Positions 29,716-40,575 of a stretch of DNA of 64,000 nucleotides are shown here, piece after piece (the first letter of the stretch is position 1; every line of letters starts with the position of its first letter). Source of the stretch: a virus. The notes beneath the pieces are model-generated. The model saw only the letters and a list, made by a program, of their open reading frames with translations, made no database searches and was not told where the DNA came from. The DNA lies in the IMG/VR virus record IMGVR_UViG_3300030380_006811, positions 1 to 64,000 of that record, one strand, 5' to 3'. Made by a program: the position numbers and the translations under genes.

Positions 29716-30160
29716 TCCTAATATGTATAATACAGAATATGATGTCATTACAGACCTCAAAATATTAGGAGATTTGAATAATAAACTTTTTTGTACGTTT
29801 ACCGATTTAGACGGTTTAGATGAACTAATTAAAGATATAAGGGCTAAATATGATATTATTTATAATAAGCTTTTTGTTTTAGAGATTGTTGGTAAAAATG
29901 AATATGTTATTACATATAACGTTGATCAGACCAATTTAAATTCAATTCCTGAAAATACTATATTAGTCCATCGTAAAAAAGAATCTAATACTTTATATAC
30001 TATTAATGCATTAAACGAGCTTATTAAGAAATTAAATGGAGGAGTAGTTGATACAAGTTATAAAATAGATTGGCAGCATTATAGAAATTGTGTTTTACTT
30101 ACCCAACACAATGAATTAAATCAATTAAATACAAAAATTTACAAAATTATTGAACTATAG
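29693..30160 (+). CDS. Conserved hypothetical protein
   Basis: 155-aa ORF (NKLFCTF, TILVHRKKESNTLYTINALN). Confidence 0.6.
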   Translation: MTTVLQNNPNMYNTEYDVITDLKILGDLNNKLFCTFTDLDGLDELIKDIRAKYDIIYNKLFVLEIVGKNEYVITYNVDQTNLNSIPENTILVHRKKESNTLYTINALNELIKKLNGGVVDTSYKIDWQHYRNCVLLTQHNELNQLNTKIYKIIEL

Positions 30161-30192
30161 TTTGGCCCCCCGAATTATGGTTCGTATATTAG
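30161..30192 (+). promoter_or_regulatory. Bacteroidota-type sigmaA promoter
   Basis: TTTG(30161)-N20-TATATTAG(30185). Confidence 0.65.
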
Positions 30193-30219
30193 AGTTACAT
30201 TTAAAAATTAGTTATAATT

Positions 30220-31065
30220 ATGGATTTATCATTACTTAAACAGAAGTTGGACGGACTCCAACAGAAAACAAGTTCGAATTCACAAAAAACAGATTACACT
30301 AAAATTTTTTGGAGACCTACAGTAGGTAAACAACAAATTAGAATTGTACCATCTGCTTTTGATAGTAAAAACCCATTTAAAGAACTTAAGTTCTATTATG
30401 GTATTACAAATAAGGTTATGATTTCACCTTTAAATTTTGGTGAAAAAGACCCTATTCATTTATTTGCCCAAAAGCTAAGGGAAGAATATAATAAAGAAAA
30501 TTATATACTTGCTAAAAAGCTGGATGCTAAAAACCGTATTTTTGTCCCTGTAGTAGTTAGAGGAGAAGAAGATATGGGTGTTAGATTATGGCAATTTGGA
30601 AAATTAGTATACGAAGAATTATTAGCACTAGCTGTTGATGATGAAATTGGAGACTACACAGATATTGTAAATGGTAGAGATCTTACTGTAGAAACAGTAG
30701 GACCTGAAGCAACAGGAACCCCTTATAATAAATCATCAGTAAGAGTTAGATTGAAAACTTCACCACTTAGTGAGGATTCTACTACTGTAGATACTTGGTT
30801 AAAGGAACAACCTAATCCCGAAGAATTATTTAAGCGTTATACATTTGATGAAATGAAATCTGCATTGGAAAAATGGCTAGCACCTGAAGATGCTGGAGAT
30901 GAAGGAGATATCATTTCAGAACCTGCTGAATCATTTGATACTGATTCTAAGCCGGCTTCAAATTTTAGCTTAGATACTTCAAAAGTAAAACAAACTAAAA
31001 CAGATGAATTTGATAGTTTGTTTGATGACAAAAAGGAAAATAAAGTTGATGACTTACCATTTTAA
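30220..31065 (+). CDS. gp32: Single-stranded DNA-binding protein
   Basis: FWRP..G...IRIVP, LWQFGK, D...GRD, acidic tail ending DDLPF. Confidence 0.8.
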   Translation: MDLSLLKQKLDGLQQKTSSNSQKTDYTKIFWRPTVGKQQIRIVPSAFDSKNPFKELKFYYGITNKVMISPLNFGEKDPIHLFAQKLREEYNKENYILAKKLDAKNRIFVPVVVRGEEDMGVRLWQFGKLVYEELLALAVDDEIGDYTDIVNGRDLTVETVGPEATGTPYNKSSVRVRLKTSPLSEDSTTVDTWLKEQPNPEELFKRYTFDEMKSALEKWLAPEDAGDEGDIISEPAESFDTDSKPASNFSLDTSKVKQTKTDEFDSLFDDKKENKVDDLPF

Positions 31066-31067
31066 TT

Positions 31068-32141
31068 ATGCCAAGAAAAAGCAAATCACTATCAGCAGCA
31101 GTGTCTGCTGAAATAAAATCGAACTTTGATTTATCTAAATTTAAATCTAAAAAAGGTTTAGATAAAAATATTAAGTTTAAAGACCAAGAATGGATCCCCC
31201 TTTCACCTGCCTTTAGTGAAGTCACTTCCGTACCCGGAATACCAATGGGACATATTGTTTTACTTAGAGGCCATTCTGACACAGGTAAAACAACAGCAAT
31301 GATAGAAGCGGCAGTATCCGCTCAAAATAATGGGGTACTGCCAGTTTTCATCATTACTGAGATGAAATGGAATTGGGAACATGCTATTCAAATGGGATTA
31401 GATATTAATATTGAACGAGATTCAAATGGTGAAATTACAGATTATAGTGGTAATTTTATTTATGTTGACCGTGAAACAATTAATTCTATTGAAGACGTAG
31501 CTGTATTCATTTTAGATTTAATGGACGAACAAAAGAAAGGTAATTTACCTTATGACTTATTATTCTTATGGGATAGTATAGGTTCAGTGCCTTGTGAAAT
31601 GTCACTTAAATCAAATAAAAACAATAATGAATGGAATGCAGGTGCTATGTCAACTCAATTTGGAAATAATGTAAACCAAAAAATTACATTATCTCGAAAA
31701 GAATCTTCACCCTTTACTAATACATTAGTTTGTGTTAATAAAGTATGGACACTTAAACCAGAATCACCTATGGGTAGACCAAAACTTATGAATAAAGGTG
31801 GTTATGCTATGTGGTTTGATTCAACATTTGTAGTTACCTTTGGTAATATTATGTCTGCGGGTACATCTAAAATTAAAGCAATTAAAGATGGCAAACAGGT
31901 AGAATTTGCTAAACGTACTAATTTACAAATTGATAAAAATCATATTAATGGTGTTACTACAAGAGGAAAAATTGTTATGACCCCTCATGGATTTATTGAG
32001 GATGATCCTAAACAACTTAAAACTTACAAGGATGCACATGCAAAAGATTGGGCTAAAGTATTAGGTGGGACAGATTTTCAAGTAGTAGAAGAGGACCAAG
32101 AAGTAAACGATATTTCACAGTTCGAGAAAGAACCAGAATAG
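31068..32141 (+). CDS. uvsX: RecA/UvsX recombinase
   Basis: GIPMGHI.LLRGHSDTGKT, WDSIGS, KGG.A. Confidence 0.85.
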   Translation: MPRKSKSLSAAVSAEIKSNFDLSKFKSKKGLDKNIKFKDQEWIPLSPAFSEVTSVPGIPMGHIVLLRGHSDTGKTTAMIEAAVSAQNNGVLPVFIITEMKWNWEHAIQMGLDINIERDSNGEITDYSGNFIYVDRETINSIEDVAVFILDLMDEQKKGNLPYDLLFLWDSIGSVPCEMSLKSNKNNNEWNAGAMSTQFGNNVNQKITLSRKESSPFTNTLVCVNKVWTLKPESPMGRPKLMNKGGYAMWFDSTFVVTFGNIMSAGTSKIKAIKDGKQVEFAKRTNLQIDKNHINGVTTRGKIVMTPHGFIEDDPKQLKTYKDAHAKDWAKVLGGTDFQVVEEDQEVNDISQFEKEPE

Positions 32142-32148
32142 AATCATT

Positions 32149-33189
32149 ATGAAGCAAAAAGAATTATTTGCGTTGCTGGACGAAGTCCAGGAGCAAGGGG
32201 AAGAGACTGTATTAAAAAAACATGATAAAGTATTATTAATAGATGGGTTAAATCTATTTTTTAGAAACTTTGCAATGATGAATATGGTTAATCCTGATGG
32301 AGTTCACATTGGTGGGTTAGGTGGGTTCTTTCGTTCTTTAGGTGCAATGATTCGTCAAACCCAGCCAACCTCTGTTTATGTAGTATTCGATGGAGCGGGT
32401 TCAACAGCCAACCGAAAGAACCTGCTCTCCGAATACAAGGGAAGTAGAAATTTACAACGTATTACTAATTGGGATGCTTTTGATTCATTAGAAGAAGAAC
32501 ACGACTCAAAAGTTGACCAAATAGTACGTGTAATTCAGTATTTAAAATTATTACCTGTTAAAACAACTATAATTGATAAAGTAGAAGCAGATGATATTAT
32601 AGCTGTATTAGCAGAAAAATTAGTAAAAAAACATAATTCAACTTGTTTTATTGTGTCATCAGATAAAGATTTTGTACAATTAGTTACTGATAAAATTATT
32701 TTATACAGACCAATGGAAAAAGAATATTATACACCTAAAGCAGTAAAAGAAAAATTCGGTGTATCTCCTCAAAATTTTATAATATATAAAACGTTACTAG
32801 GGGATAATTCAGATAATATACCGGGAGTTAAAGGATTAGGTGAAAAGGGTATATTTAAAAAATTCCCTGAGTTGAAAGAAAAAGATTTATCATTAGAAGA
32901 TATTTTTGATATAGCTACTAGGAAATTTAAAGACCATGTTGTATATTCAAGAATATTACAAGATGAGGACAAATTAAGGACAAGTTTTAAGGTAATGGAT
33001 CTAGGAACCCCTATGATAGATGAAAGAGAAAAGGAGTACCTAGACCAACTAATTACAGATAATTTTCCTGATTTTAACCCTGAAATGTTTATTCAATTTT
33101 ATAATGAAGATAAATTAGGGGGAATGATTAGAAATTTAGATATTTGGTTAAAAGATATATTTTCACAATTTAAAGGTTATAAAGATTGA
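32149..33189 (+). CDS. 5'-3' exonuclease/flap endonuclease (T4 RNase H / PolI 5'-exonuclease-like)
   Basis: LIDGLN, VFDG, EADDIIA, SSDKDF.QL, GDNSDNIPGVKGLGEK. Confidence 0.9.
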   Translation: MKQKELFALLDEVQEQGEETVLKKHDKVLLIDGLNLFFRNFAMMNMVNPDGVHIGGLGGFFRSLGAMIRQTQPTSVYVVFDGAGSTANRKNLLSEYKGSRNLQRITNWDAFDSLEEEHDSKVDQIVRVIQYLKLLPVKTTIIDKVEADDIIAVLAEKLVKKHNSTCFIVSSDKDFVQLVTDKIILYRPMEKEYYTPKAVKEKFGVSPQNFIIYKTLLGDNSDNIPGVKGLGEKGIFKKFPELKEKDLSLEDIFDIATRKFKDHVVYSRILQDEDKLRTSFKVMDLGTPMIDEREKEYLDQLITDNFPDFNPEMFIQFYNEDKLGGMIRNLDIWLKDIFSQFKGYKD

Positions 33190-34556
33190 CATTAAATAGC
33201 ATAAATCAATACGGGCATGAATTCCAGATAAAGATTTTATCATCTTTATTAACTCATAAAGAATTTTTAACTAATATTCATGATATAATATCAGAAGAAT
33301 ATTTTGAAAACCCAGCTCAAAAGTGGGCTATTAAAGAAATTTTAAAGTATTATGATAAGTATCATACTACTCCTTCATTAGATATACTTAAAGTTGAATT
33401 ACAAAAAGTAGATAATGAAGTATTGCAAATATCAATTAAGGAACAATTAAAAGAAGCATATGTAACTTCGGATGAAGATTTAGAATATGTACAAGAAGAA
33501 TTTACTAATTTTTGTAGGAATCAACAATTAAAAAAGGCCCTAATGTCTTCAGTTGATTTACTTAAAGGTGGAGATTTTGATGGTATTCGTTTTTTAATTG
33601 ATAATGCATTAAAAGCTGGTCAAGATAAAAATATAGGACATGAATATATTAAAGACATTGAAGAAAGATATAGAGAAAACTCTAGAACGACTATACCTAC
33701 GCCTTGGGAACGTATTAATGGATTATTACAAGGTGGACTTGGAAACGGAGATTTTGGTATTATTTTTGGTAATCCTGGAGGTGGTAAATCGTGGTCTCTT
33801 GTTGCGTTAGGAGGATATGCAGTTAGATTAGGATATAATGTACTTCATTATACACTTGAATTAGGAGAAGATTATGTTGGTAAAAGATATGACGCTTTCT
33901 TTACTAAAGTACCTGTTAATAAAATAGATTCATTTAGGGAAAAAGTAGAAGAAACAATACCACAATTGCCAGGTCAACTAATTATTAAAGAATTCCCAAC
34001 AGGTAGGGCAACTGTTTCAACTATTGAATCACATATTAGTAAATGCTCAGGAATGGGTATAAAACCTGACATGGTAATTATTGATTATGTGGACTTACTT
34101 TCATCAAGACGTAAAAATAGAGAGCGTAAGGACGAGATTGATGATATTTATACTAGCACAAAGGGATTAGCTAGACAACTTAATATTCCTATTTGGTCTG
34201 TTTCTCAAGTGAATCGTGCAGGAGCACAAGATAAAATAATTGAAGGGGACAAGGCAGCAGGGTCATATGATAAAATGATGATTTCTGATTTCGCAATGTC
34301 TCTTTCTCGTAAGAAAGAAGATAAAGTTAATAACACAGGTAGATTTCATATTATGAAGAATAGATATGGGATGGATGGTCTCACTTTTTCAGTTAATGCA
34401 GATACTTCAACAGGACATTTTGAAGTGTTTGATTATCAGGATAGTGAAGATTCGGAGCAACTAGCACCCCCTTCTAGAGCTAATAAATTTGATACTGATG
34501 TTGATACTTTTGATAAACAGTTACTTAGAAAAAAGTTTTTCGAATTAGAAAAATAA
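33186..34556 (+). CDS. gp41: DnaB-like replicative helicase (TTG start)
   Basis: GNPGGGKS, YTLEL, IIDYVDLL, SQVNR, KNRYG. Confidence 0.9.
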   Translation: MTLNSINQYGHEFQIKILSSLLTHKEFLTNIHDIISEEYFENPAQKWAIKEILKYYDKYHTTPSLDILKVELQKVDNEVLQISIKEQLKEAYVTSDEDLEYVQEEFTNFCRNQQLKKALMSSVDLLKGGDFDGIRFLIDNALKAGQDKNIGHEYIKDIEERYRENSRTTIPTPWERINGLLQGGLGNGDFGIIFGNPGGGKSWSLVALGGYAVRLGYNVLHYTLELGEDYVGKRYDAFFTKVPVNKIDSFREKVEETIPQLPGQLIIKEFPTGRATVSTIESHISKCSGMGIKPDMVIIDYVDLLSSRRKNRERKDEIDDIYTSTKGLARQLNIPIWSVSQVNRAGAQDKIIEGDKAAGSYDKMMISDFAMSLSRKKEDKVNNTGRFHIMKNRYGMDGLTFSVNADTSTGHFEVFDYQDSEDSEQLAPPSRANKFDTDVDTFDKQLLRKKFFELEK

Positions 34557-34581
34557 TAATAACAAATTAAACCGAATTAAA

Positions 34582-35568
34582 ATGGCAAAAAAATCATTAT
34601 TGCAGGAAAGAATAGTTTATAAACCCTTCGAATATCCGGAGGCTTTTGATTTTTATATGAAACAACAACAAGCTCATTGGTTATGGACCGAAGTACCTAT
34701 GATGGCTGATGTAAATGATTGGAAACAAAACCTATCAGAAACAGAAAAAAATATTATAGGTTCTATACTTAAAGGGTTCGCCCAAACAGAAACTGTAGTA
34801 AATGATTATTGGTCAACTTTAGTTACTAAATGGTTTAGAAAACCTGAAGTGATAGCAATGGCTGTTACTTTTGGTTGTTTTGAAACTATTCATGCCGAAG
34901 CTTATTCATTATTAAATGAAGAATTAGGATTAGATAATTTTGCCGAATTTTTAGAAGATGAAACAACAATGGCTAAAATTGATGCTTTAATGCAAGTTAA
35001 AGATTCTCATGATGGTACTCCTGATTGGCATGAAAGAGCTAAATCATTAGCTATTTTTTCTGCTTTTACTGAAGGTGTTAACTTATTTTCTTCATTTGCT
35101 GTTTTATTATCTTTTAAATTACAAAATAAACTTAAAGGAGTAGGCCAGATAGTAGAGTGGAGTATTAGAGATGAATCATTACACTCAAATGCGGGTTGTT
35201 GGTTATTTAGAACATTACTAAAAGAACACCCAGAATATGATACACCAGAATTAAGGGCACAAATTGAAGAAGCTGCTCATTTATCTCTAAAATTAGAATT
35301 AGATTTTATTGATAAAGTTTATGAAATGGGTGATTTAGAAGGTTGTACTAAATATGATTTAACTTCTTTTATTAAACATAGATTAAATACAAAAATGGGT
35401 GATTTAGGTTATGGTCCTATAGTAAATGGTATAGATGAAGAAGCAGTACAAAGAATGAGTTGGTTTGATAATTTATCAGCAGGAAAACAACACACAGATT
35501 TCTTTGCAAATAGAGTAACAAATTATAGTAAAGGTGTTCAAAATTGGGACGCAGCAGCATTATTTTAA
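34582..35568 (+). CDS. nrdB: Ribonucleotide reductase class I beta subunit
   Basis: ETIHAEAY, EGVNLFSSF, RDESLH, DFFANRVTNY. Confidence 0.95.
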   Translation: MAKKSLLQERIVYKPFEYPEAFDFYMKQQQAHWLWTEVPMMADVNDWKQNLSETEKNIIGSILKGFAQTETVVNDYWSTLVTKWFRKPEVIAMAVTFGCFETIHAEAYSLLNEELGLDNFAEFLEDETTMAKIDALMQVKDSHDGTPDWHERAKSLAIFSAFTEGVNLFSSFAVLLSFKLQNKLKGVGQIVEWSIRDESLHSNAGCWLFRTLLKEHPEYDTPELRAQIEEAAHLSLKLELDFIDKVYEMGDLEGCTKYDLTSFIKHRLNTKMGDLGYGPIVNGIDEEAVQRMSWFDNLSAGKQHTDFFANRVTNYSKGVQNWDAAALF

Positions 35569-35571
35569 AAT

Positions 35572-37287
35572 ATGGAAAACAACGCATTACAAGTAGATTA
35601 TACAAATTGGGAAGCTGGAAAACAGTATCCTGAATGGATGGATGAAATTTCTTTAGCAACAGTATCAAAAGGATACTTATTGCCTGGGGAAACAGTAAAA
35701 ACAGCTTATAGGAGAGTAGCAACTGCAGCAGCTAATAGATTAAAAAAACCAGAATTAACAAATAAATTTTTTAAATTATTTTGGAATGGGTGGGTTGGAT
35801 TAGCATCTCCTGTATTATCAAATATGGGAACTGACCGTGGTTTACCTATTTCTTGTTTCGGCATTGATACACCTGATTCTATACGTGGAATTGGTTTAAC
35901 TAACGCGGAACTAATGAAATTAACAGCATCTGGTGGAGGTGTAGGTATATCATTATCACGCATTAGAAAACGAGGAACAAGTATATCAGGTAATGGTAAA
36001 AGTGAAGGTGTAGTTCCTTGGGCTAAGATTTATGATTCAGCTATTATCGCTACTAACCAAGGTAATGTTCGTAGAGGAGCTGCTTCAGTAAATTTAGATA
36101 TTAATCATGGTGATATTGATGAATTTTTGCAAATTAGAAGACCTAAAGGAGACCCGAATAGACAATGTTTAAATCTACATCAGTGTGTAGTAGTTGATGA
36201 TTTTTTTATGCGTAAATTAGAAGCAAGAGATCCTGAAGCATTAAATACATGGGCAACTATTTTAAAAGCAAGAATGGAAACAGGTGAACCTTATGTAATG
36301 TATAAAGATAATGTTAATAAAGATAATCCTATTGCCTATAGATTAAATAACTTAGATGTAACAATGACAAATATATGTTCAGAAATTACATTATTTACAG
36401 ATGAAGAACACTCATTTATTTGTTGTTTATCTTCTATGAATTTAGCTAAATATGATGAATGGAAAGATACAGACTCAGTAGAGTTAGCTACTTGGTTTTT
36501 AGATGGAGTAATGCAAGAATTTATTGATAAATCGTCTGGTAGGGAATCATTAAAAAGGACCCACAAACATGCTTCTAAAGGTAGAGCATTAGGGTTAGGA
36601 GTAATGGGGTGGCATACATTTTTACAACAAAAAGGATTACCATTTAATTCAATATCCTCTACTGCTCATACACATAATATTTTTAGTAATATTAGAAATA
36701 AAGCAGAAAAAGCATCAATGGAATTAGCTCAAGAATATGGAGAACCACTTTGGTGTAGAGGTACAGGAATGAGAAATACACATTTATTAGCTATAGCCCC
36801 TACAGTATCAAATTCTGTAATTACAGGTGGTATTTCTGCGGGTATTGAACCTCTTCCTGCTAATGTATATACTTTTAATGGTGCTAAAGGTACTTTTATT
36901 AGAAAAAATAAAGTATTACAAAACTTATTACAAGGAAAAAAAGAGGATAAAAATAAATGGTGGGACCAAATGTTGCAAGATGGAGGATCAGCACAAAATC
37001 TTCCAGATACTGTATTAAGTCCCGATGAAAAAGAATTATTTTTAACATTTTCTGAGATAAATCAATTGGAACTTGTGCGCCAAGCTGCAATAAGACAAAA
37101 ATATATTGATCAAACCCAATCTCTGAATTTGTCATTTGATCCTAATGATTCGCCAAAATGGATAAATCAAGTTCATATGGAAGCATGGAAACTTGGGATA
37201 AAAACATTATATTACCTAAGAACTGATAGTGTGATAAAGGGTGATCTTGGCTCAAGAATGGCAGATTGTGTATCTTGTGATGGATAA
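35572..37287 (+). CDS. nrdA: Ribonucleotide reductase class I alpha subunit (no ATP cone)
   Basis: ISCF, TNICSEI, CCLSS, APTVSNS, LYYLR, C-terminal CVSCDG. Confidence 0.95.
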   Translation: MENNALQVDYTNWEAGKQYPEWMDEISLATVSKGYLLPGETVKTAYRRVATAAANRLKKPELTNKFFKLFWNGWVGLASPVLSNMGTDRGLPISCFGIDTPDSIRGIGLTNAELMKLTASGGGVGISLSRIRKRGTSISGNGKSEGVVPWAKIYDSAIIATNQGNVRRGAASVNLDINHGDIDEFLQIRRPKGDPNRQCLNLHQCVVVDDFFMRKLEARDPEALNTWATILKARMETGEPYVMYKDNVNKDNPIAYRLNNLDVTMTNICSEITLFTDEEHSFICCLSSMNLAKYDEWKDTDSVELATWFLDGVMQEFIDKSSGRESLKRTHKHASKGRALGLGVMGWHTFLQQKGLPFNSISSTAHTHNIFSNIRNKAEKASMELAQEYGEPLWCRGTGMRNTHLLAIAPTVSNSVITGGISAGIEPLPANVYTFNGAKGTFIRKNKVLQNLLQGKKEDKNKWWDQMLQDGGSAQNLPDTVLSPDEKELFLTFSEINQLELVRQAAIRQKYIDQTQSLNLSFDPNDSPKWINQVHMEAWKLGIKTLYYLRTDSVIKGDLGSRMADCVSCDG

Positions 37288-37354
37288 ACATATGTATTAA
37301 CGTTATTCTTCATAGTTGTTAGTTACATTTTGTTTAACTAAAATCATATATTTT

Positions 37355-37585
37355 ATGGAAATTTTAACTAAGATTGGCTCTTGGGCCAACAAACTGACTG
37401 AAATAGGAATTTCAGTTATTGCACTCGGAGTAGTACTTGAAGTATTATTCGGAGGAGTAGGTATCCCCTTTTGGAAAGATATATCTGTAGTGGATAATAT
37501 TATGGGAATATTAGGTAATCTAGATGGCAAAGGTCTACTGGGATTAGTAGGTGCTTTTGTTCTTATTCATATACTTAAAAAATAG
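37355..37585 (+). CDS. Small membrane protein with two TM segments
   Basis: MEILTKIGSW... hydrophobic segments; start moved to the ATG at 37355. Confidence 0.6.
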   Translation: MEILTKIGSWANKLTEIGISVIALGVVLEVLFGGVGIPFWKDISVVDNIMGILGNLDGKGLLGLVGAFVLIHILKK

Positions 37586-37606
37586 TAAATAGATTACGTA
37601 GAAAGA

Positions 37607-37638
37607 TAAAAAGGGGTGCACTAGCGTCCCTTTTTTTT
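37607..37638 (+). terminator. Rho-independent terminator
   Basis: AAGGGGTGC-ACTA-GCGTCCCTT followed by a T run. Confidence 0.8.
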
Positions 37639-37673
37639 ATATTTATGATCAAATTATTAAATAAAATTTTATA

Positions 37674-40574
37674 ATGAAAAAATTATTACTATGGTTATGC
37701 TTAGCCTTACCTTTTCTAGGTATAGCCCAAGAAACAGCCCCAGTTGCCTTTAGATTAGATACTGAGCAACTTAATGTTCCCAACCCTGATCAAATGCAGG
37801 TATTTATCCAAACTAATGTTTCTAACTGGGTAGATATTCCAATGGAAGATGTTGGGGGAAATGGAATATGGAGAAAAGTTATTAATATAAATCATCCTAC
37901 AGACGAAAACATAGATGTATTTTATAGATTTAAAATTACATCCTTTGGCAATAATGGATTACCCTGGACAGCTTGGGAAGGAGGATCAAATGTAGATTTA
38001 GAAGACTGTACTATCCCACCAAGTGAATTTGGCCTCGCAGGAGGTTTGGTAAGAGATATAGTAGTACCACAAGAATTAATAGATAACGGTACTTACGTTA
38101 ATCCAACAGGAGAATATAAATTAACTCATTGTTTTAATATATGTGGTAATGCCCCTTGCCCCCCAGAACCTTGTGTAGATGGTTTAACTTCAACTAATGC
38201 TTACCAACAATGTTTAGATGGAGGTCAAGCTTTAATAGTTTTTGAATGGGGAACTGAATGTGAAATTCAATCTGTTGAATATTCTAATGTAGAGGGAGCA
38301 GGTCCATTCACATACCAAGTAGCCCCTGATGCAGTAAATTTTGGGGTTTATGCAGGTTATGGACAAATGCCTCCTAATTGGAGTGTAGAACATCAATTAA
38401 TAGTTAACTTTGTAGATGGTACCCAATCAGAGCCAATAATTTATACACCTGAACCATGTATAGAAGGCTGTACAGATCCAAATTCTGAGTCTTATAATCC
38501 ATGGGCAAACGTAGACGATGGTTCATGTTCTGGTACTACTTGTGATACAGAAGTAACAGATCAAATTACAGTAGAAATTACATTTGATAATTGGCCAAGT
38601 GAAACAGGATGGTCTTTGACAAGTGGTGTTTATGGTGTAATTGGAGAGGAACAAGATGGAACTTATGATTATAATGATATAGGTCAAACTTATACTTATA
38701 ATTTCTGTGTTGACAAAAACGCAGGATTTGAATTTATAATTACAGATACCTATGGAGATGGTTTAGCTGGTTCTACTTCAGGTGGAACTTTAGATGGTTC
38801 AGTAAGAATTTATGATTGTAATGGGGATTTAATTTGGGAATTGGATCCTGATTTTGGAGAAGTAGCTTACTCAGGTCAACAGTTTGGAGTTGAATGTGAA
38901 GGAGTAGAAGAAATTTATGGTTGTACAGACCCAGCATACCAATCTTATAACCCAGAAGCTACTATAGATGATGGTTCATGTACTGAGCTTCATATTGTAG
39001 GGTGTACAGATGAAAATTCAATTAACTACAATCCAGATGCTACAAAACAAGAACTAATTCCTGTTTGTGATTATACTTTAATAATTAAAGATGCAGCTGG
39101 AGATGGTTGGGGTAATTCGTATTTAGGTGTATCTCAAGGTGATGTTCCACTAGGTACTTATACTATGGGACCTGGAGAGTATGAACAAACATTCCCACTA
39201 CAATTATCTTCCTCTGAAGAAATTAAAGTTTATTATTTCCAAGTAGGAGGTCCACAATCAACACCTCAAGAAGTACAATTCCAAACTTGGCATAATTCAT
39301 TTATTATAGAAGGTGCAGATGGAGAAATTTTAATTAGTGAAGGAGAAAATCCATTTGAAAATAATGGACAAGGTGCTTTACAAAATTTTGAATCGCCATT
39401 CTTTATAACATATACAGCTCTACCTTATTGTGGTGATATTTGTATCCCAATAGTAGAAGGGTGTATGACTGAAGGTTCATTAAACTATAATCCTGAAGCT
39501 AACGTAGATGATGGTTCTTGTATACCTTATATTGAAGGTTGTATGAATCCATTAGCATTTAATTACAATCCAGATGCTACAGTAGATGATGGTTCATGTG
39601 AAGAAGTAGTAGTAGGATGTATGGACCCAGAATCATTTAATTACAACCCAGAAGCTAATACAGCGGGAGATTGTATTCCAGTTATAGAAGGTTGTATGAA
39701 TGAATTAGCATTTAACTATAATCCAAATGCAAATACAGCTGGAGAATGTATACCAGTAGTTCAAGGATGTACTGACCCAACTTCATTTAATTATAACCCA
39801 GATGCTAATACGGATGATGGTTCTTGTGAACCAGTAGTTTATGGCTGTACAGATCCTAATTCATTTAATTATGATCCTGAAGCAAATACAGATAATGGAT
39901 CATGTCAAGAATTTGTTTATGGGTGTATGGATCCGGAATCATTCAATTATAACCCAGAAGCAAACGTAAATCAAGTATCAGCTACAGATTTTACAAATCC
40001 TTGTATACCAATAGTATATGGATGTACAGATCCAGAATCAGTAAATTACGATCCTGAAGCAAATGTAGATAATGGTAGTTGTATTACTGCAGTAGTAGGT
40101 TGTACAGATCCTAATTCTTATAATTATGATCCAGCAGCAAATGTTTCAGATCCTGAAGCTTGTTTATATGATGCTGGTTGTATAACAGGTCCAGGTGAAC
40201 CATATTGGTTAAACGATCAATGCTATGCTTGGGTAATTGATGTAGATAATTATTGTTGTGATAACGATTGGGATCCAGTTTGTCAAGAAATGTATAATTA
40301 CTGTGAAAACGGATGGCCAGATGGATTTGATATAAATGGAATGTTTAATAGATCATTTACAAGCATTGTAGTTTATCCAAACCCAACAGATGATATTTTA
40401 AATATTGGTACTACTTTAGATGTAACTTATTCATTAACAGATGTTACTGGTAGAACTATAATTAACAATTCAAATAAAAAAACAGTTGACATGTCAGGTT
40501 TAGAATCAGGAGTTTATTTCCTAACAATAAATCATGAAGGTCAAGTATTTAATAAAAGAATAATTAAACAATAA
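37674..40574 (+). CDS. Secreted Cys-repeat protein with a type IX secretion (type A CTD) sorting signal
   Basis: Sec signal MKKLLLWLCLALPFLGIAQ; 12 GC(T/M)D..NY.P.A..DDGSC repeats; C-terminal VYPNPT..LNI...LESGVYFL.I...KRIIK. Confidence 0.8.
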   Translation: MKKLLLWLCLALPFLGIAQETAPVAFRLDTEQLNVPNPDQMQVFIQTNVSNWVDIPMEDVGGNGIWRKVININHPTDENIDVFYRFKITSFGNNGLPWTAWEGGSNVDLEDCTIPPSEFGLAGGLVRDIVVPQELIDNGTYVNPTGEYKLTHCFNICGNAPCPPEPCVDGLTSTNAYQQCLDGGQALIVFEWGTECEIQSVEYSNVEGAGPFTYQVAPDAVNFGVYAGYGQMPPNWSVEHQLIVNFVDGTQSEPIIYTPEPCIEGCTDPNSESYNPWANVDDGSCSGTTCDTEVTDQITVEITFDNWPSETGWSLTSGVYGVIGEEQDGTYDYNDIGQTYTYNFCVDKNAGFEFIITDTYGDGLAGSTSGGTLDGSVRIYDCNGDLIWELDPDFGEVAYSGQQFGVECEGVEEIYGCTDPAYQSYNPEATIDDGSCTELHIVGCTDENSINYNPDATKQELIPVCDYTLIIKDAAGDGWGNSYLGVSQGDVPLGTYTMGPGEYEQTFPLQLSSSEEIKVYYFQVGGPQSTPQEVQFQTWHNSFIIEGADGEILISEGENPFENNGQGALQNFESPFFITYTALPYCGDICIPIVEGCMTEGSLNYNPEANVDDGSCIPYIEGCMNPLAFNYNPDATVDDGSCEEVVVGCMDPESFNYNPEANTAGDCIPVIEGCMNELAFNYNPNANTAGECIPVVQGCTDPTSFNYNPDANTDDGSCEPVVYGCTDPNSFNYDPEANTDNGSCQEFVYGCMDPESFNYNPEANVNQVSATDFTNPCIPIVYGCTDPESVNYDPEANVDNGSCITAVVGCTDPNSYNYDPAANVSDPEACLYDAGCITGPGEPYWLNDQCYAWVIDVDNYCCDNDWDPVCQEMYNYCENGWPDGFDINGMFNRSFTSIVVYPNPTDDILNIGTTLDVTYSLTDVTGRTIINNSNKKTVDMSGLESGVYFLTINHEGQVFNKRIIKQ
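39459..40163 (+). repeat. Nine tandem ~75-80 bp coding repeats (GCxDPxxxNYxPxAxxDxGSC)
   Basis: Recurring ggt/gga tgt..gat/gac cc..aat tat aa/ga cc..gc.aa..gat gat ggt tc. tgt units. Confidence 0.85.
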
Positions 40575-40575
40575 G

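Noticed and set aside
39459-40163. Tandem repeats as a possible CRISPR array or DGR
   Set aside because: Repeats are degenerate at synonymous positions and in frame within a protein; there are no constant repeat/unique spacer units and no reverse transcriptase
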